NCBI GenBank assembly: GCA_035550975.1
Contig: DASZOC010000016.1
Location: 13,073-77,072 of the forward strand
Origin: Actinomycetota bacterium
Lineage (GTDB): Bacteria; Actinomycetota; CADDZG01; WHSQ01
Reading direction: 5' to 3'
Length of the DNA: 64,000 nt
Shown here: positions 1-9,747 of the stretch, one piece after another
Position numbering within the stretch: the first letter of the stretch is position 1
Layout: each line of letters begins with the position of its first letter
Translations under genes and position numbers: made by a program
The notes under the pieces: model-generated
Databases searched by the model: none
The model's input: only the letters and a program-made list of their open reading frames with translations
Told to the model about the DNA's origin: nothing

Positions 1-1249
1 ACCGTCGGACGCCTTTCATCCACACCCATCCCGAGAGCGCCGACGAGCCGTCGAACAGCGACCCGGTCTTGGCGGCCACGCGAACACCCGACAACCGGTG
101 CGCGAGCGTGCCTTCGCCAGCGCCCGGCAGGGCCCCCCGGAGTACACGCCCCCACGGTCGCGTGGCCGCGTAGGTCAACAGCGTGACCATCTGCCGGGGC
201 GAGACGCGGTTGTCATAGGACAGCCCGGAGGCATCGTGCGCGACGATCTGCAGTCCGAGCGATCCCGCCCACGTCCGGATCGTGCGCGCTCCTTTCGCGA
301 TCGTCCCGGGCGCACCGAGACAACGCGCGCCAAGGAATTTGCTCAATACCTCTGCGAAGAAGTTAGAAGAGTCGCGGTTCATGATCTCGATGAGCTTTGC
401 CACGGTTGGGGACCGGACGCGCGCGATCGTGCGGCCTTCGCGAACGTGAGCTACGACGCGAGGCTCGTCTGCTACTCGGATACCGGCGTCCTCCAAGGCT
501 TCTGTGACGCGCGTCGCGACCTGCATCTCCGGCGGCTCCGCCGTGACCACATTGGAGTTGAACGACAGCGCGGTCGGCCGCGTCACGTAGGTCTTCCGGA
601 CATAGGACTGCCAGCCGGGGGCGTTCCAGTCGCGGGCGAAGTACGAACCCACCGGTATCACGTTGCCACGGATACGCGTTAGACCGTTTCTCGCCAAGAC
701 GCGGGCGAGCCGGTGCACGCTGGAACCCTGCAGACCGAGCCCAGCGCGGTAGGTCGCGTCACCGAAGCTCGGGTCACCACGTCCGATCACGTAGAGATCA
801 CCGCCGTCCCTGCCCACCCGCACGGTGGTCGGGATGCGCGCGTGGGCTCCGAAGACCTCGAGAAGCGCCATCGATAACAACAGCTTCTGGTTGGAGGCGG
901 GAGTCCGCCGGCGCGTGTCGTCGTGCGCGAACGCGATGCGTTCTCGAAGACCGACAGCGACACCTAGGTCGCGGCCCCCGAGGAGGCCACGCAGATCGCC
1001 AGCCCAAGAGGGGCCGGCGTGACGACCGAACGCACGAAGCAGCGATGGCCTCTCCAAGCGGGTGAAGCAGGACCCGCTGCGTGCAGGCGACCGCGCTGCT
1101 GTCGGTGCCGTCGCGGCAACCGCGCCGATCGGTGCGCGCGGTGCGGAGTCGCGGCCTCGGGCGTGCCGGGGCGTCGGAATCGGACCTTCGGACGGCACGC
1201 CTCCGACAACGAGCACGGCGACGGCCACCACGACCCGCATCGGCCCCAT
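1..1249 (-). CDS. dacB: D-alanyl-D-alanine carboxypeptidase/endopeptidase, PBP4 (peptidase S13) family; 3' end lies outside the window
   Basis: The minus-strand frame is open from ATG 1249 (alternative ATG 1240) to position 1. It is missing from the ORF track only because its stop is outside the window. Hand translation gives a signal-like MRVVVAVAVLVVGG, then SxxK (PASNQKLL), SxN (DSSNFFAE) and KTG (AAKTGSL) in PBP4 order. Confidence 0.7.
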   Translation of the reverse strand, partial: MGPMRVVVAVAVLVVGGVPSEGPIPTPRHARGRDSAPRAPIGAVAATAPTAARSPARSGSCFTRLERPSLLRAFGRHAGPSWAGDLRGLLGGRDLGVAVGLRERIAFAHDDTRRRTPASNQKLLLSMALLEVFGAHARIPTTVRVGRDGGDLYVIGRGDPSFGDATYRAGLGLQGSSVHRLARVLARNGLTRIRGNVIPVGSYFARDWNAPGWQSYVRKTYVTRPTALSFNSNVVTAEPPEMQVATRVTEALEDAGIRVADEPRVVAHVREGRTIARVRSPTVAKLIEIMNRDSSNFFAEVLSKFLGARCLGAPGTIAKGARTIRTWAGSLGLQIVAHDASGLSYDNRVSPRQMVTLLTYAATRPWGRVLRGALPGAGEGTLAHRLSGVRVAAKTGSLFDGSSALSGWVWMKGVRR

Positions 1250-1351
1250 GACTGCATAGACGCTTCCGGAGCGGCTTCCGTTCGGAGAGGCGCGGCTGGG
1301 TGCCCATCCGCGCACCCACACCGGACCGGCCGCGGGATCGGAGCCGGCGAG

Positions 1352-1984
1352 CTAGCGGGCTTGGAACGCGTCCATCCCCACCGCGAGGGCGAGGGCCAAA
1401 CGCCGATCGAGAACGCGCTCGCGGTCGTCGGTGAGATCGAGCGTGTAGGTGTCGCGCAGCTTCCAGAGCTGACGGCGATGGTGCCCGATCACCTGGTTCT
1501 CCCCGCGCACGAACACGAAGTGGTACGGGATCGGCAACCAGTTGGCGAAGTTCTCGATGTACGGGATCAGCCCGACGATCCGCCGCAAGAACGCGACCCC
1601 GCGGCTCTGCTCCGTCGCGACCGCCACCTGCGTCCCCGTCGCGTCGAACAGCAGGTATGTGGAACGGAGGAGACTGCGGCCGAACGCTTTCTGGAACCTC
1701 CCGATCACGGTTCCGTCGGGCGTCGTGACGTCATAGGTCGCGCTCGGATCGAACCGCTGGCGCGCCTTGATGCGCATCACCTCGGTCCTCATGGTGTCGT
1801 CGGTGAAGAAGCGCACGTCTTCTCTGAACTTGAACATCTTCTGCCGGACGAAGCAGAACACCTGACCCGGCGCGTCGTCCGGCCCTGGCAGCGAGAACTC
1901 GTACTGGTTCGCGACGAACCGAAATCGCTGTTGCAGGATGAAGCGGTCGTGCTGGTTCGGGTCGACGATCGTGCCGAGGCTCAC
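1352..1984 (-). CDS. Hypothetical protein, LURP-one/scramblase-like (tubby-C-like) fold suspected
   Basis: A 210-aa ORF with normal, non-Arg-biased composition. Family assignment rests on recollection of LOR/DUF567-type sequences only. Confidence 0.45.
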   Translation of the reverse strand: MSLGTIVDPNQHDRFILQQRFRFVANQYEFSLPGPDDAPGQVFCFVRQKMFKFREDVRFFTDDTMRTEVMRIKARQRFDPSATYDVTTPDGTVIGRFQKAFGRSLLRSTYLLFDATGTQVAVATEQSRGVAFLRRIVGLIPYIENFANWLPIPYHFVFVRGENQVIGHHRRQLWKLRDTYTLDLTDDRERVLDRRLALALAVGMDAFQAR

Positions 1985-2053
1985 GCAACCACGGTACCCG
2001 GGCGGGTGGACGACCGGAGGTCAAGGTGCCGCGCAGCGCCGCGGGCCGGCGGC

Positions 2054-2416
2054 CTAGACGCAGATGGCCAAGAGGTTCGGGACGATCTCCGCCATCGCGG
2101 CGGTCCCCTTGCGAAGATAGCCATCGGCACCGAGCTCACGCGCTTGGTCTTCCACGCCCCCGTTGAACCCCGACAGTGCCAGCACCTTGGAGCGCAGACC
2201 GCGGTTCTTCATCTCGACGAGGACCTCCAGACCGTCCATGTTCGGCATGCCCATGTCGAGCACGACGACGTCCGGTGCCTCCCGCTCGATCAGCGCGATC
2301 GCTTCTCGTCCGTCTGCTGCATCGCCGACGACCTCGAAACGGCCGTCGAGCTCCAGTGCGAAGCGAACGAGGAAGCGAATGTCGGAAGCGTCGTCTGCGA
2401 GAGCGACCCGGATCAT
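2054..2416 (-). CDS. Stand-alone response-regulator receiver (CheY-like, no output domain)
   Basis: The 120-aa product carries the receiver signature: ADD near the N-terminus, VVVLDMGMPNMDG (phospho-Asp), LALSG and YLRKG. Its start overlaps the upstream stop (ATGA). Confidence 0.85.
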   Translation of the reverse strand: MIRVALADDASDIRFLVRFALELDGRFEVVGDAADGREAIALIEREAPDVVVLDMGMPNMDGLEVLVEMKNRGLRSKVLALSGFNGGVEDQARELGADGYLRKGTAAMAEIVPNLLAICV

Positions 2417-3222
2417 GCCCCTGCTCCATTCGTGGCACGAACGAGATCGCCGGGCGCCACCCTCGTGTGGTTCGCGGCAAGCAGCTCGGACACGATCTTG
2501 TGCGTTTCGGCGAGCGACTTCTGCAGTGATTCACGTCCGCGATCGGTCATCCCGAGCTCGAACGCATACTCGGCGGCCGCCAGGTTCTGTAACACGTTGT
2601 CGTTCAGATCGAGCGCGTCGCGCTGGCGCGTCTCGGCTTCGGCGAGCCTGCGGGCGGTCGATTGATACGAGTTCCTCAGCACCTCGTTCTGCTTCCAGAC
2701 CGTCAGACCCGCAACGGTCGCGCCGACGATGAACGCGCCGTGGATGACCGCCCACTTCACCGGGTTCGCGATCGCAGCGGGGTGGTTGAAGACGACGTGC
2801 GGGTCGACGATGCCGAAGAAGGCGTGGTGGGCGACCACGTAGACGATCGACAACAGGAATGGCACCCATTCCTGGTACAGGATGATGATCGTGACCATCA
2901 CGAAGAAGTGGAAGTGCGCCTCGATGCTCCCGTTCGAGAAGTGCACGAGGACCGCGGACGCCGTCATGAGCCCAAGCGTCGCTATGACGGAGGCGACGAT
3001 GCGGCTCCGACGCGCAACCCACGCCCCCACCGCAGCAGCCCCGATCAAGGCGGCTTCGAGCAGCGAATGGCGCAGGCCGTAGCCCTGGACGGACCCGAAG
3101 ATCGCGAGACCGACGGCGTTCAGGGCGATGAGAGCGACGATCCCGACGTGGCGGCGGGACCAGACCTCTTCGGGCAGGCCGCCTCCCTCGGGAAACAGCG
3201 GCCGGATCGTGCGGATAGCCAT
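2413..3222 (-). CDS. His-rich polytopic membrane protein with a C-terminal HisKA_3-like helix (acceptor His replaced by Asn) and no ATPase domain
   Basis: About five hydrophobic segments contain HFHFF, AHH and FNHP motifs. The segment TRQRDALDLNDNVLQNL aligns with ERESLARAIHDSVLQSL of the true kinase at 44642..45868. The ORF ends about 55 aa later with no N/G1/G2 boxes. Confidence 0.6.
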   Translation of the reverse strand: MAIRTIRPLFPEGGGLPEEVWSRRHVGIVALIALNAVGLAIFGSVQGYGLRHSLLEAALIGAAAVGAWVARRSRIVASVIATLGLMTASAVLVHFSNGSIEAHFHFFVMVTIIILYQEWVPFLLSIVYVVAHHAFFGIVDPHVVFNHPAAIANPVKWAVIHGAFIVGATVAGLTVWKQNEVLRNSYQSTARRLAEAETRQRDALDLNDNVLQNLAAAEYAFELGMTDRGRESLQKSLAETHKIVSELLAANHTRVAPGDLVRATNGAGA

Positions 3223-3328
3223 GGCCTATTTGTAACGAAAGCACCCGAACCCGCCAATCGGGAGAAGTACGTACCCACGCCCCAGTTCCGACGGATCCCG
3301 TGGTCCCAGCGCCGGCGGACGCCGCCTG

Positions 3329-4624
3329 CTAGGAGGACGCGACGAAACGCGACAACTCGTCGAGCGCCTCGCGCGGGAGCCGCGCCACGACGTGGGTCCC
3401 GTTCTCCCCGTAGGTCTCCTCGAGCACGTCGCCCTGCTCGTGGACCCGGGACACGACGTCGCCGCGGTCGAACGGGATGTCGAGCGTCACCTCGACGCGC
3501 AGCTTCGACAGCTCGACCTCGAGGCGGGCGAGCAGGTCCTCCAGGCCCTGATCCTCCTGGGCGGAGATGAATGCCGCGTCCGGGAACCGCCCCTGAAGCT
3601 TGTCGATCTCGACCTCTTCGAGCAGGTCGATCTTGTTGAACGCGAGCAGCATCGGCTTCTCCGCGAGGTCGAGGTCCTTCAGGACCGTGCGCACCGCGTC
3701 GATCTGGCGATCCGGGTCGCGGCTCGCATCGACGAGGTGCAAAAGAAGGTGAGCTTCCCCCACTTCCTCCAGCGTCGACCGGAACGCCTCGACCAGCTGG
3801 TGCGGCAGCTTCCGCACGAAACCCACCGTGTCCGTCATCAGGACCTCGCGGTTCCGGTTCAGGTGCAGACGGCGCGTCGTCGGGTCGAGCGTGGAGAACA
3901 GCCGGTCCTGCACGAGCACCTGCGCGTCGGTGAGGCGCCGCAGCAACGTCGACTTCCCCGCGTTCGTATAGCCGACGAGGGCGACGACGGGGATACCCGT
4001 CTTCGCACGCTGTTTGCGCTTGAGGCGACGGGTGCGCTCTAGCTCGTCGAGGTCTTTCCTGACGCGCTGGATGCGGCGCAGGATCGCGCGTCGCTCTGCC
4101 TCCAGCGCGGTCTCGCCCGGCCCCCTCGTGCCGATGCCGCCTCCGAGTCGCGAGAGAACGTCTCCCCAACCGCGCAGGCGCGGCAACCGGTAGTTCAGTT
4201 GCGCGAGCTCCACCTGGAGCTTCCCCTCGGCGCTGCGGGCGTGCTGAGCGAAGATGTCGAGGATCAACCCGGTCCGGTCGATGATCTTCAGGCCGCGCTC
4301 CGCCAGGGGGTTCACTCCCGCAACCTCTTCGAGGTTCCGTCCCTGCGCTGGAGTCAGCTCGTCGTCGAAGATCACCATATCCGCGTCCAAGGTCGCTGCG
4401 ATGTTCACGACCTCTTCGGCCTTGCCCTTACCGAGGTAGGTCGCCGAGTCGGGGCGGTCGCGCCGCTGCACGACGCGATCGAGGCAATCCGCACCCGCTG
4501 TGTCCGCCAGCGCCTCGAGCTCGTCCAGGAAGGACTGCGCCTCCTCCAGCGATGCGCCCTCGAACGCAGCGCCCACCAACACCGCTCGCTCGCGCTCGGG
4601 ACGCGTGTCGTGGCCTCGCGTCAG
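3329..4624 (-). CDS. hflX: GTPase HflX
   Basis: HflX N-domain ([12 protein letters not shown].., KLQVELAQL) followed by the G-domain ([20 protein letters not shown]). The maximal ORF (to 5098) overlaps dapL and is an artefact. The start is uncertain: CTG 4624 (GGAAGG 7 nt upstream, CTGA overlap with the dapL stop) or GTG 4582. Confidence 0.85.
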   Translation of the reverse strand: MTRGHDTRPERERAVLVGAAFEGASLEEAQSFLDELEALADTAGADCLDRVVQRRDRPDSATYLGKGKAEEVVNIAATLDADMVIFDDELTPAQGRNLEEVAGVNPLAERGLKIIDRTGLILDIFAQHARSAEGKLQVELAQLNYRLPRLRGWGDVLSRLGGGIGTRGPGETALEAERRAILRRIQRVRKDLDELERTRRLKRKQRAKTGIPVVALVGYTNAGKSTLLRRLTDAQVLVQDRLFSTLDPTTRRLHLNRNREVLMTDTVGFVRKLPHQLVEAFRSTLEEVGEAHLLLHLVDASRDPDRQIDAVRTVLKDLDLAEKPMLLAFNKIDLLEEVEIDKLQGRFPDAAFISAQEDQGLEDLLARLEVELSKLRVEVTLDIPFDRGDVVSRVHEQGDVLEETYGENGTHVVARLPREALDELSRFVASS

Positions 4625-5781
4625 CTGACGGCCTTCCGCAATCGCTCGACACCCTCTTCGAGACGTTCGTCCGCGACGGTCAGCGAGAAGCGCACGTATC
4701 CCTCGCCGGAGGGGCCGTAGCCGGTGCCGGGCGCGACGACGATGTCGAAGTTGTCCAACAGGTGCGTAGTGAAGCTGGTCGACGTGTGGCCCTCGGGCAC
4801 CGGCACCCACAGGTAGATCGACCCTTTCGGAGGCTCTACGACGATGCCCATCGATTTGAGGCCGTCGCACAGCAGGTCGCGACGTCGCCGGTACCGCTCG
4901 ATGGCAGCCTTCAGGTGGTCCTGCGGCCCCTCGATCGCGGCGATCCCGGCGCGCTGCACCGCATCGAAGATTCCGGAGTCGATGTTGGTCTTGAGCCGCT
5001 TCATCGCCTCGATCGCAACAGGTGCGCCCGCGACCCACCCGATCCGCCAACCGGTCATGTTGTAGGTCTTCGAGAGCGAGTGGAACTCGATAGCACACTC
5101 CATCGCGCCTTCGACCTGGAGCACGCTAGGAGCGACGTAGTCGTCGAACGTGATCTCGGTATACGCGGCGTCGTGAGCCAGCAAGAGATCGTTGTCGAGG
5201 CAGAACCGCACTGCCTCCTCGAAGAAGGAAACGTCCACGCACGCCGACGTCGGATTCGACGGGTAGTTCAGCCACAGGACGCGGGCGCGACGTAAGACGT
5301 CGGCGGGGATGGCAGAGAAGTCGGGGCGGTAGTCGTTGTCTACGGTCAGCGGCAACAGGAACGCTTCACCACCCGCAAGGATGGTCCCGGTTTCGTACAC
5401 CGGGTAGCCGGGATCGGGAACTAACGCGACGTCGCCTGGGTCGATGAAGGCGACCGGAAGGTGAAAGATCCCCTCTTTCGATCCGACGAGCGGCTGCACC
5501 TCGTCGTCGGGATCCAGCTCGACTCCGAACCGGCTCTGGTACCAGGTCGCTATCGACGAGCGGAACTCCGGCATGCCGGTGTAAGAGGGATAGTCGTGCG
5601 TCGAAGGATCACGCGCCGCGTCCGCCAGCGCGTCCACCACGTGCGGGGGCGACGGAAGGTCCGGGTCGCCCACGCCGAAGCTGATGATGTCGGCGCCACG
5701 AGCCTTCGCTTCGGCAACCTTGCGATCGATCTCCGCGAATAGGTATGGCGGCAGCTTTTCGATGCGCTGTGCGGTCCTCAC
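4621..5781 (-). CDS. dapL: Class I/II aminotransferase, LL-diaminopimelate aminotransferase-like
   Basis: The N-terminus [28 protein letters not shown], the PLP-lysine region [15 protein letters not shown] and NYPSNPT all fit this family. The GTG start at 5781 overlaps the dapF stop (GTGA). The N-terminal 209 aa of the maximal ORF are antisense junk. Confidence 0.7.
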   Translation of the reverse strand: MRTAQRIEKLPPYLFAEIDRKVAEAKARGADIISFGVGDPDLPSPPHVVDALADAARDPSTHDYPSYTGMPEFRSSIATWYQSRFGVELDPDDEVQPLVGSKEGIFHLPVAFIDPGDVALVPDPGYPVYETGTILAGGEAFLLPLTVDNDYRPDFSAIPADVLRRARVLWLNYPSNPTSACVDVSFFEEAVRFCLDNDLLLAHDAAYTEITFDDYVAPSVLQVEGAMECAIEFHSLSKTYNMTGWRIGWVAGAPVAIEAMKRLKTNIDSGIFDAVQRAGIAAIEGPQDHLKAAIERYRRRRDLLCDGLKSMGIVVEPPKGSIYLWVPVPEGHTSTSFTTHLLDNFDIVVAPGTGYGPSGEGYVRFSLTVADERLEEGVERLRKAVS

Positions 5782-6620
5782 ATCAGCTCCTTCAGATCTA
5801 TCTCCCCGGTGAAGGACTCCACCGCGGGACCTGTCATGAACACGGGTTGTGGGTCGTCGACCGACCCTTTCCACGACACCTCGAGATCGCCACCCGGGAG
5901 CGCGACCACCACGTCGGGGTCGGTCCCGCCGAGCAGCCGCGCGACGACCGCGACCGCCGCGGCTCCCGTGCCGCACGCGAGCGTCTCGCCACTCCCGCGC
6001 TCCCACACCCTCATGCGCACGCGGGTCGGGCCCTCGACGGTCATGAACTCGACGTTGACGCCGTTCGGAAACATGTCGTGGCGCTCGATCACAGGACCGA
6101 TCGTCGCGACCTCGGCAGCGGCAGGATCGTCCACGAACAGCACTGCGTGCGGATTCCCCATCGAGACGCAGGCGGCTTCCAGCGTCTGGTCTTCGAGGTC
6201 GACCTTCGCATGCAGGGCATCCGGCCCCTCCCACGTCACCGGGATCTGCGAGGGCTGGAACATCGGCGCGCCCATGTCGACCCGGACGCGGTCGCCCTCG
6301 ACCCATACCGGCTTGATGCCGGCCCTCGTCGCGATCCTGAGGCTGTCGCCGGACACCAGCCCCTGGTCCCTCGCGAACAGGGCCAGGCAGCGGATGCCGT
6401 TGCCACACATCTCCCCGATAGAGCCGTCCGAGTTGACGTAGTCCATGAACAGATCGGTCCCGTCGGGTCCGGGCGCAACGCGGATCACGCCGTCTCCACC
6501 GATCCCGAAGCGGCGGTCGCAGAGCCTTCGGACGATGTCCGGTGTCAACGCAAGGCGGTCGTCGGGGTCGGCGAGCATCACGAAGTCGTTGCCTATGCCC
6601 TGGTATTTGGCGAATCTCAT
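5778..6620 (-). CDS. dapF: Diaminopimelate epimerase
   Basis: MRFAKYQGIGNDFVML.., with both catalytic Cys motifs (MCGNGIRC and ACGTGAAA). Confidence 0.9.
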   Translation of the reverse strand: MRFAKYQGIGNDFVMLADPDDRLALTPDIVRRLCDRRFGIGGDGVIRVAPGPDGTDLFMDYVNSDGSIGEMCGNGIRCLALFARDQGLVSGDSLRIATRAGIKPVWVEGDRVRVDMGAPMFQPSQIPVTWEGPDALHAKVDLEDQTLEAACVSMGNPHAVLFVDDPAAAEVATIGPVIERHDMFPNGVNVEFMTVEGPTRVRMRVWERGSGETLACGTGAAAVAVVARLLGGTDPDVVVALPGGDLEVSWKGSVDDPQPVFMTGPAVESFTGEIDLKELM

Positions 6621-6705
6621 GTACCTACGGTAACGCGCGACGACCCCCTGTCACTTTTGTGCCGGCGGCAGGACTTACGGGCGCGGGCAGAGAAAATGTC
6701 GCACG

Positions 6706-8082
6706 ATGAAGAGACCGTCACTCCTCGTGGCAGCGTCGCTCCTCCTCGGCGCGCTCCCTCTCACGGGGGGTGCCGCGGCAGCGCCCCCGCGGTCGGAGCC
6801 CACGGCAGTCGTCGCGCTCATCGACACGGGCATCAATCCGTACCACAAGGCGTTCCGCGACGACTCGCGGCGAGCTTTCCAGCATCCGTCCACTTACATC
6901 GAAGGCTTTCCGGAAGATGCGCAAGCGTTACGCCTCTCGCTCGACGAGAAGGACTACCCCACGGCACTGACCAAGGACTGCAAGCTGTGGATGAAGGTCG
7001 AGCCGGGGAAGCTTTACTGGTTCCCGGGCACGAAGATCATCGGTGGGATCACGTTCGAGGAGCCTGGGACGAGCGCTGCCTGCGGTGGCCACGCGATCCC
7101 GCCAGCGCGCATCATCGACGACGGCGCGCACGGAACGATGGTGGCATCGCGAGCGGCGGGCAACGACTACGGAGCATGCCCTGAGTGCCGCGTGGTTGCG
7201 ATCCAGGGTTTCGAGGTCGATGCCGTGAAGTGGGCGGCGGATAACAGTGCCTGGATCGACGCACAGTCGAACTCGTGGGGACCCTTCCTGCCGCTCTGGA
7301 CTCCCGCGGCGGGCGGCTTGTTGTGGAGCGGCCCGGAGTTCGTTCGCACGGTAGAGGACACGGCAAAGAAGCACCTCTCGTTCTGGGCGTCGGGCAACGG
7401 GACGTTGACGCGCTTCGGAGTGGTGGGCCACCCAACGCTGCTCGATCCCCGCATGACGCCGTCGATCGTCATGGTCGGAGGGCATGACTCCGGGTACGTC
7501 AACCTGTGGCCGGACTTCCCCCCGCACGTCGTTTCCGACTCGTGCAGCTCGTGGGCCGCCTACCACAACAAGATCGAGGAATCAGACGACGACGTCGGAG
7601 GCGGCACCTCCGGAGCGAGTCCGTTCGCGGCAGGCGGAGCCACACGCATCCTGATCGAGGCCCGCCGGATCCTGGGAGACGACTCGACCGGCGTGACCAA
7701 GGGTGTCGTCGCGCAAGGGCGTAGCGGCCTTGTTCCCGACGGTCCTCTGAAGGATGGCAAGTTCACGCTCGCAGAGTGGAAAGAGGTGCTGTTCAAGGCC
7801 GCGACCCCGCGGCCGAAGCAGCAGAAAGAAGACGGCGCCGTGTGCGGCGCGATCCAGGGGCTCGTTCTCTACAGCTCGACGCCGGTGCGTTGGGAGCAAG
7901 TGCCCGAGGGGTACCCGGAATACCTCCACATCGGGTACGGCGCGGTCGACCGCCCGAGCATCGGGCTCGCGGTCAAGGTCCTGCAGGGGCGTTCGGCGCT
8001 CCCCGACCGATCCGCGACCGACAGCTATTTCGAGAAGGACCGCACGGTGCGTGAGGAGCTCCACCGCATCTATCGCGGATAG
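6706..8082 (+). CDS. Secreted subtilisin-like serine protease (peptidase S8)
   Basis: Signal peptide MKRPSLLVAASLLLGALPL. The Asp/His/Ser triad motifs are VALIDTGIN, HGTMVAS and GGTSGASPFAAG. Confidence 0.85.
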   Translation: MKRPSLLVAASLLLGALPLTGGAAAAPPRSEPTAVVALIDTGINPYHKAFRDDSRRAFQHPSTYIEGFPEDAQALRLSLDEKDYPTALTKDCKLWMKVEPGKLYWFPGTKIIGGITFEEPGTSAACGGHAIPPARIIDDGAHGTMVASRAAGNDYGACPECRVVAIQGFEVDAVKWAADNSAWIDAQSNSWGPFLPLWTPAAGGLLWSGPEFVRTVEDTAKKHLSFWASGNGTLTRFGVVGHPTLLDPRMTPSIVMVGGHDSGYVNLWPDFPPHVVSDSCSSWAAYHNKIEESDDDVGGGTSGASPFAAGGATRILIEARRILGDDSTGVTKGVVAQGRSGLVPDGPLKDGKFTLAEWKEVLFKAATPRPKQQKEDGAVCGAIQGLVLYSSTPVRWEQVPEGYPEYLHIGYGAVDRPSIGLAVKVLQGRSALPDRSATDSYFEKDRTVREELHRIYRG

Positions 8083-8145
8083 AGCTCGCCCACGGGGCGA
8101 GGCCGGATCGGCGTAAACCCGCTGCGGCCGCGTTGTTTGCGGGAA

Positions 8146-9042
8146 TCAAGCAGTGAGGTACGCGACCAACTGCTCCTGGAGTGCCAGGTTGGATGCGTCG
8201 AACCAGACGACGCGCGGGTCGGAGCGGAACCACGACTCCTGGCGGCGCGCGAACCTCTTGGTCGCTCGGACGATCGCGTCGCGGACATCCGCCTCGTCCG
8301 CATCCGGGTGGTCGAGGATCTGCCGATAACCCAGCGCCTGGCGGGCGGTCCGGCCGATATGCGGCGCGAGCTTCCTCGCCTCGTCGACGAGCCCCTGCTC
8401 CAACATCGTGTCGACCCGGCCCGCGATCGCGTCGTAGAGCCGCGGCCTGTCCAGCGACAGCCCCGCGACGCGCAGGTCATAGATCGACCGGTGCTCCTCC
8501 CACGAGGTGTTGTCGGAGAACGGGCGCCCGGTCACCTCGATGACCTCCAGCGCCCGAACGGTCCGCCGGGCGTTCCCCGGCTCGATCCGCGCCGCGGCCG
8601 CAGGATCCAGCGCGGCGAGCCGCGCGTGCAACGACTCGGCGCCCACGTCGTCGGCTTCGGCCTCGAGCGCGGCCCGGACGCGTGGGGACCGTGCGGGGAA
8701 CCGTAGGTCGTCGACGACCGCACGCAGGTACAGCCCCGATCCGCCGACCAGCAGCGGAAGCCACCCGCGTCCGTGGATGTCGGCGATAGCGGCGCGGGCG
8801 AGGCGTTGGAACTCCGCCACCGTTACGTCTACGTCCGGGGGCCGGATGTCGATCAGGTGGTGCGGTACGCGTCGTCTCGTCGCGGCGTCGACCTTGGCCG
8901 TGCCTATGTCCAGCCCGCGATAGACCTGCATCGAGTCGACCGAGACGATCTCGGCGTCGAGACGCTCGGCCACCTGTACCGACACTTCCGTCTTTCCGAC
9001 CGCCGTGGGACCGACGATCGCGGCGACACGCGTGTCAGGCAC
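8146..9042 (-). CDS. miaA: tRNA dimethylallyltransferase
   Basis: P-loop AAIVGPTAVGKT and SVDSMQVYRGLDIGTAK. The GTG start at 9042 was found by codon counting and overlaps the upstream gene by 8 nt. The upstream part of the maximal ORF was rejected. Confidence 0.9.
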   Translation of the reverse strand: MPDTRVAAIVGPTAVGKTEVSVQVAERLDAEIVSVDSMQVYRGLDIGTAKVDAATRRRVPHHLIDIRPPDVDVTVAEFQRLARAAIADIHGRGWLPLLVGGSGLYLRAVVDDLRFPARSPRVRAALEAEADDVGAESLHARLAALDPAAAARIEPGNARRTVRALEVIEVTGRPFSDNTSWEEHRSIYDLRVAGLSLDRPRLYDAIAGRVDTMLEQGLVDEARKLAPHIGRTARQALGYRQILDHPDADEADVRDAIVRATKRFARRQESWFRSDPRVVWFDASNLALQEQLVAYLTA

Positions 9043-9715
9043 CGGCCGTAGCGACGAGATATCCGACGCCGAAGGAGCGGTCGTACGCGCGCACGTGGAC
9101 GGGCCGTCCGGCGAACAACGTGCCGAACGCAGCGAGACTTCCTGCGCTACACGAACCTCCGATAGACCTGAGGTCTCTTGCCCGGTCGGCGAAGGTGCCC
9201 GCGTCCGCGCGAGCGTCCGCCAGCACGCGATCCTCGAGCTCCACCGCCTCGGATCGTTCCACGATCGGACCGCGGGCCGTGAGCGCTGCTCCGGTGTGTG
9301 CACTCGCGGCGAAGACGATCTTCGTCGGCCGCTTCGCAGCGATGTTCGCGAGCGCGCTCGCGAGTGCAACGCCGTCCTTCGGCTCGTGAACCGAGACCGC
9401 CACGACGCGAGCGCCGCGCAGGAGGCCCAGCGCGACGGGAGTGACGATCCCGTGGTCGAAGTGCGTTCCCAGCGAGGGGGCGCGCCACGTTCGTCCTAGC
9501 TCGCCCGCGAGATCGTCGGCCGGTGTCGTCGACACCTCGACACGTCCGCGTCTGAAGCCGTGGAGGTCCCCGCGGTGGCCGGCATAGACGCCACGCTCCG
9601 GACCGTGCGATGTCGCGAGAACTACCGTAGTTGCATCGAACGAGACAGCACGTACCGCGCCAGCGACCGCTGCCACGCGCCTCGCGACCCGAGGTCCCGA
9701 TATCGCCTCCAGCAA
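9035..9715 (-). CDS. Class III extradiol dioxygenase subunit B-like (LigB/Memo-fold) protein
   Basis: A 226-aa Ala-rich ORF in the position between miaB and miaA that is conserved in actinobacteria. The family call is from memory of that context and is weak at the sequence level. Confidence 0.45.
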   Translation of the reverse strand: MLEAISGPRVARRVAAVAGAVRAVSFDATTVVLATSHGPERGVYAGHRGDLHGFRRGRVEVSTTPADDLAGELGRTWRAPSLGTHFDHGIVTPVALGLLRGARVVAVSVHEPKDGVALASALANIAAKRPTKIVFAASAHTGAALTARGPIVERSEAVELEDRVLADARADAGTFADRARDLRSIGGSCSAGSLAAFGTLFAGRPVHVRAYDRSFGVGYLVATAGA

Positions 9716-9747
9716 GAGCGGCGCGTGGGGGACGATCGCTCCTCCGA

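Noticed and set aside
98-1319. Track ORFs 98..682 (+), 798..1319 (-) and 964..1257 (-) at the left edge.
   Set aside because: All are Arg/Pro-rich with no motifs. The third minus-strand frame, open to the window edge, encodes a PBP4-type protein with SxxK, SxN and KTG motifs and explains the region.
3329-9369. N-terminal extensions of the maximal ORFs for hflX (to 5098), dapL (to 6408) and miaA (to 9369). Similar extensions occur for cinA, truB, nrnA, ribF, nusA, rimP, copC and pnp.
   Set aside because: The extensions overlap the upstream gene in another frame, are Arg-rich junk, and precede well-conserved N-termini. Those N-termini have their own start codons, often on ATGA/GTGA overlaps or behind a clear RBS.
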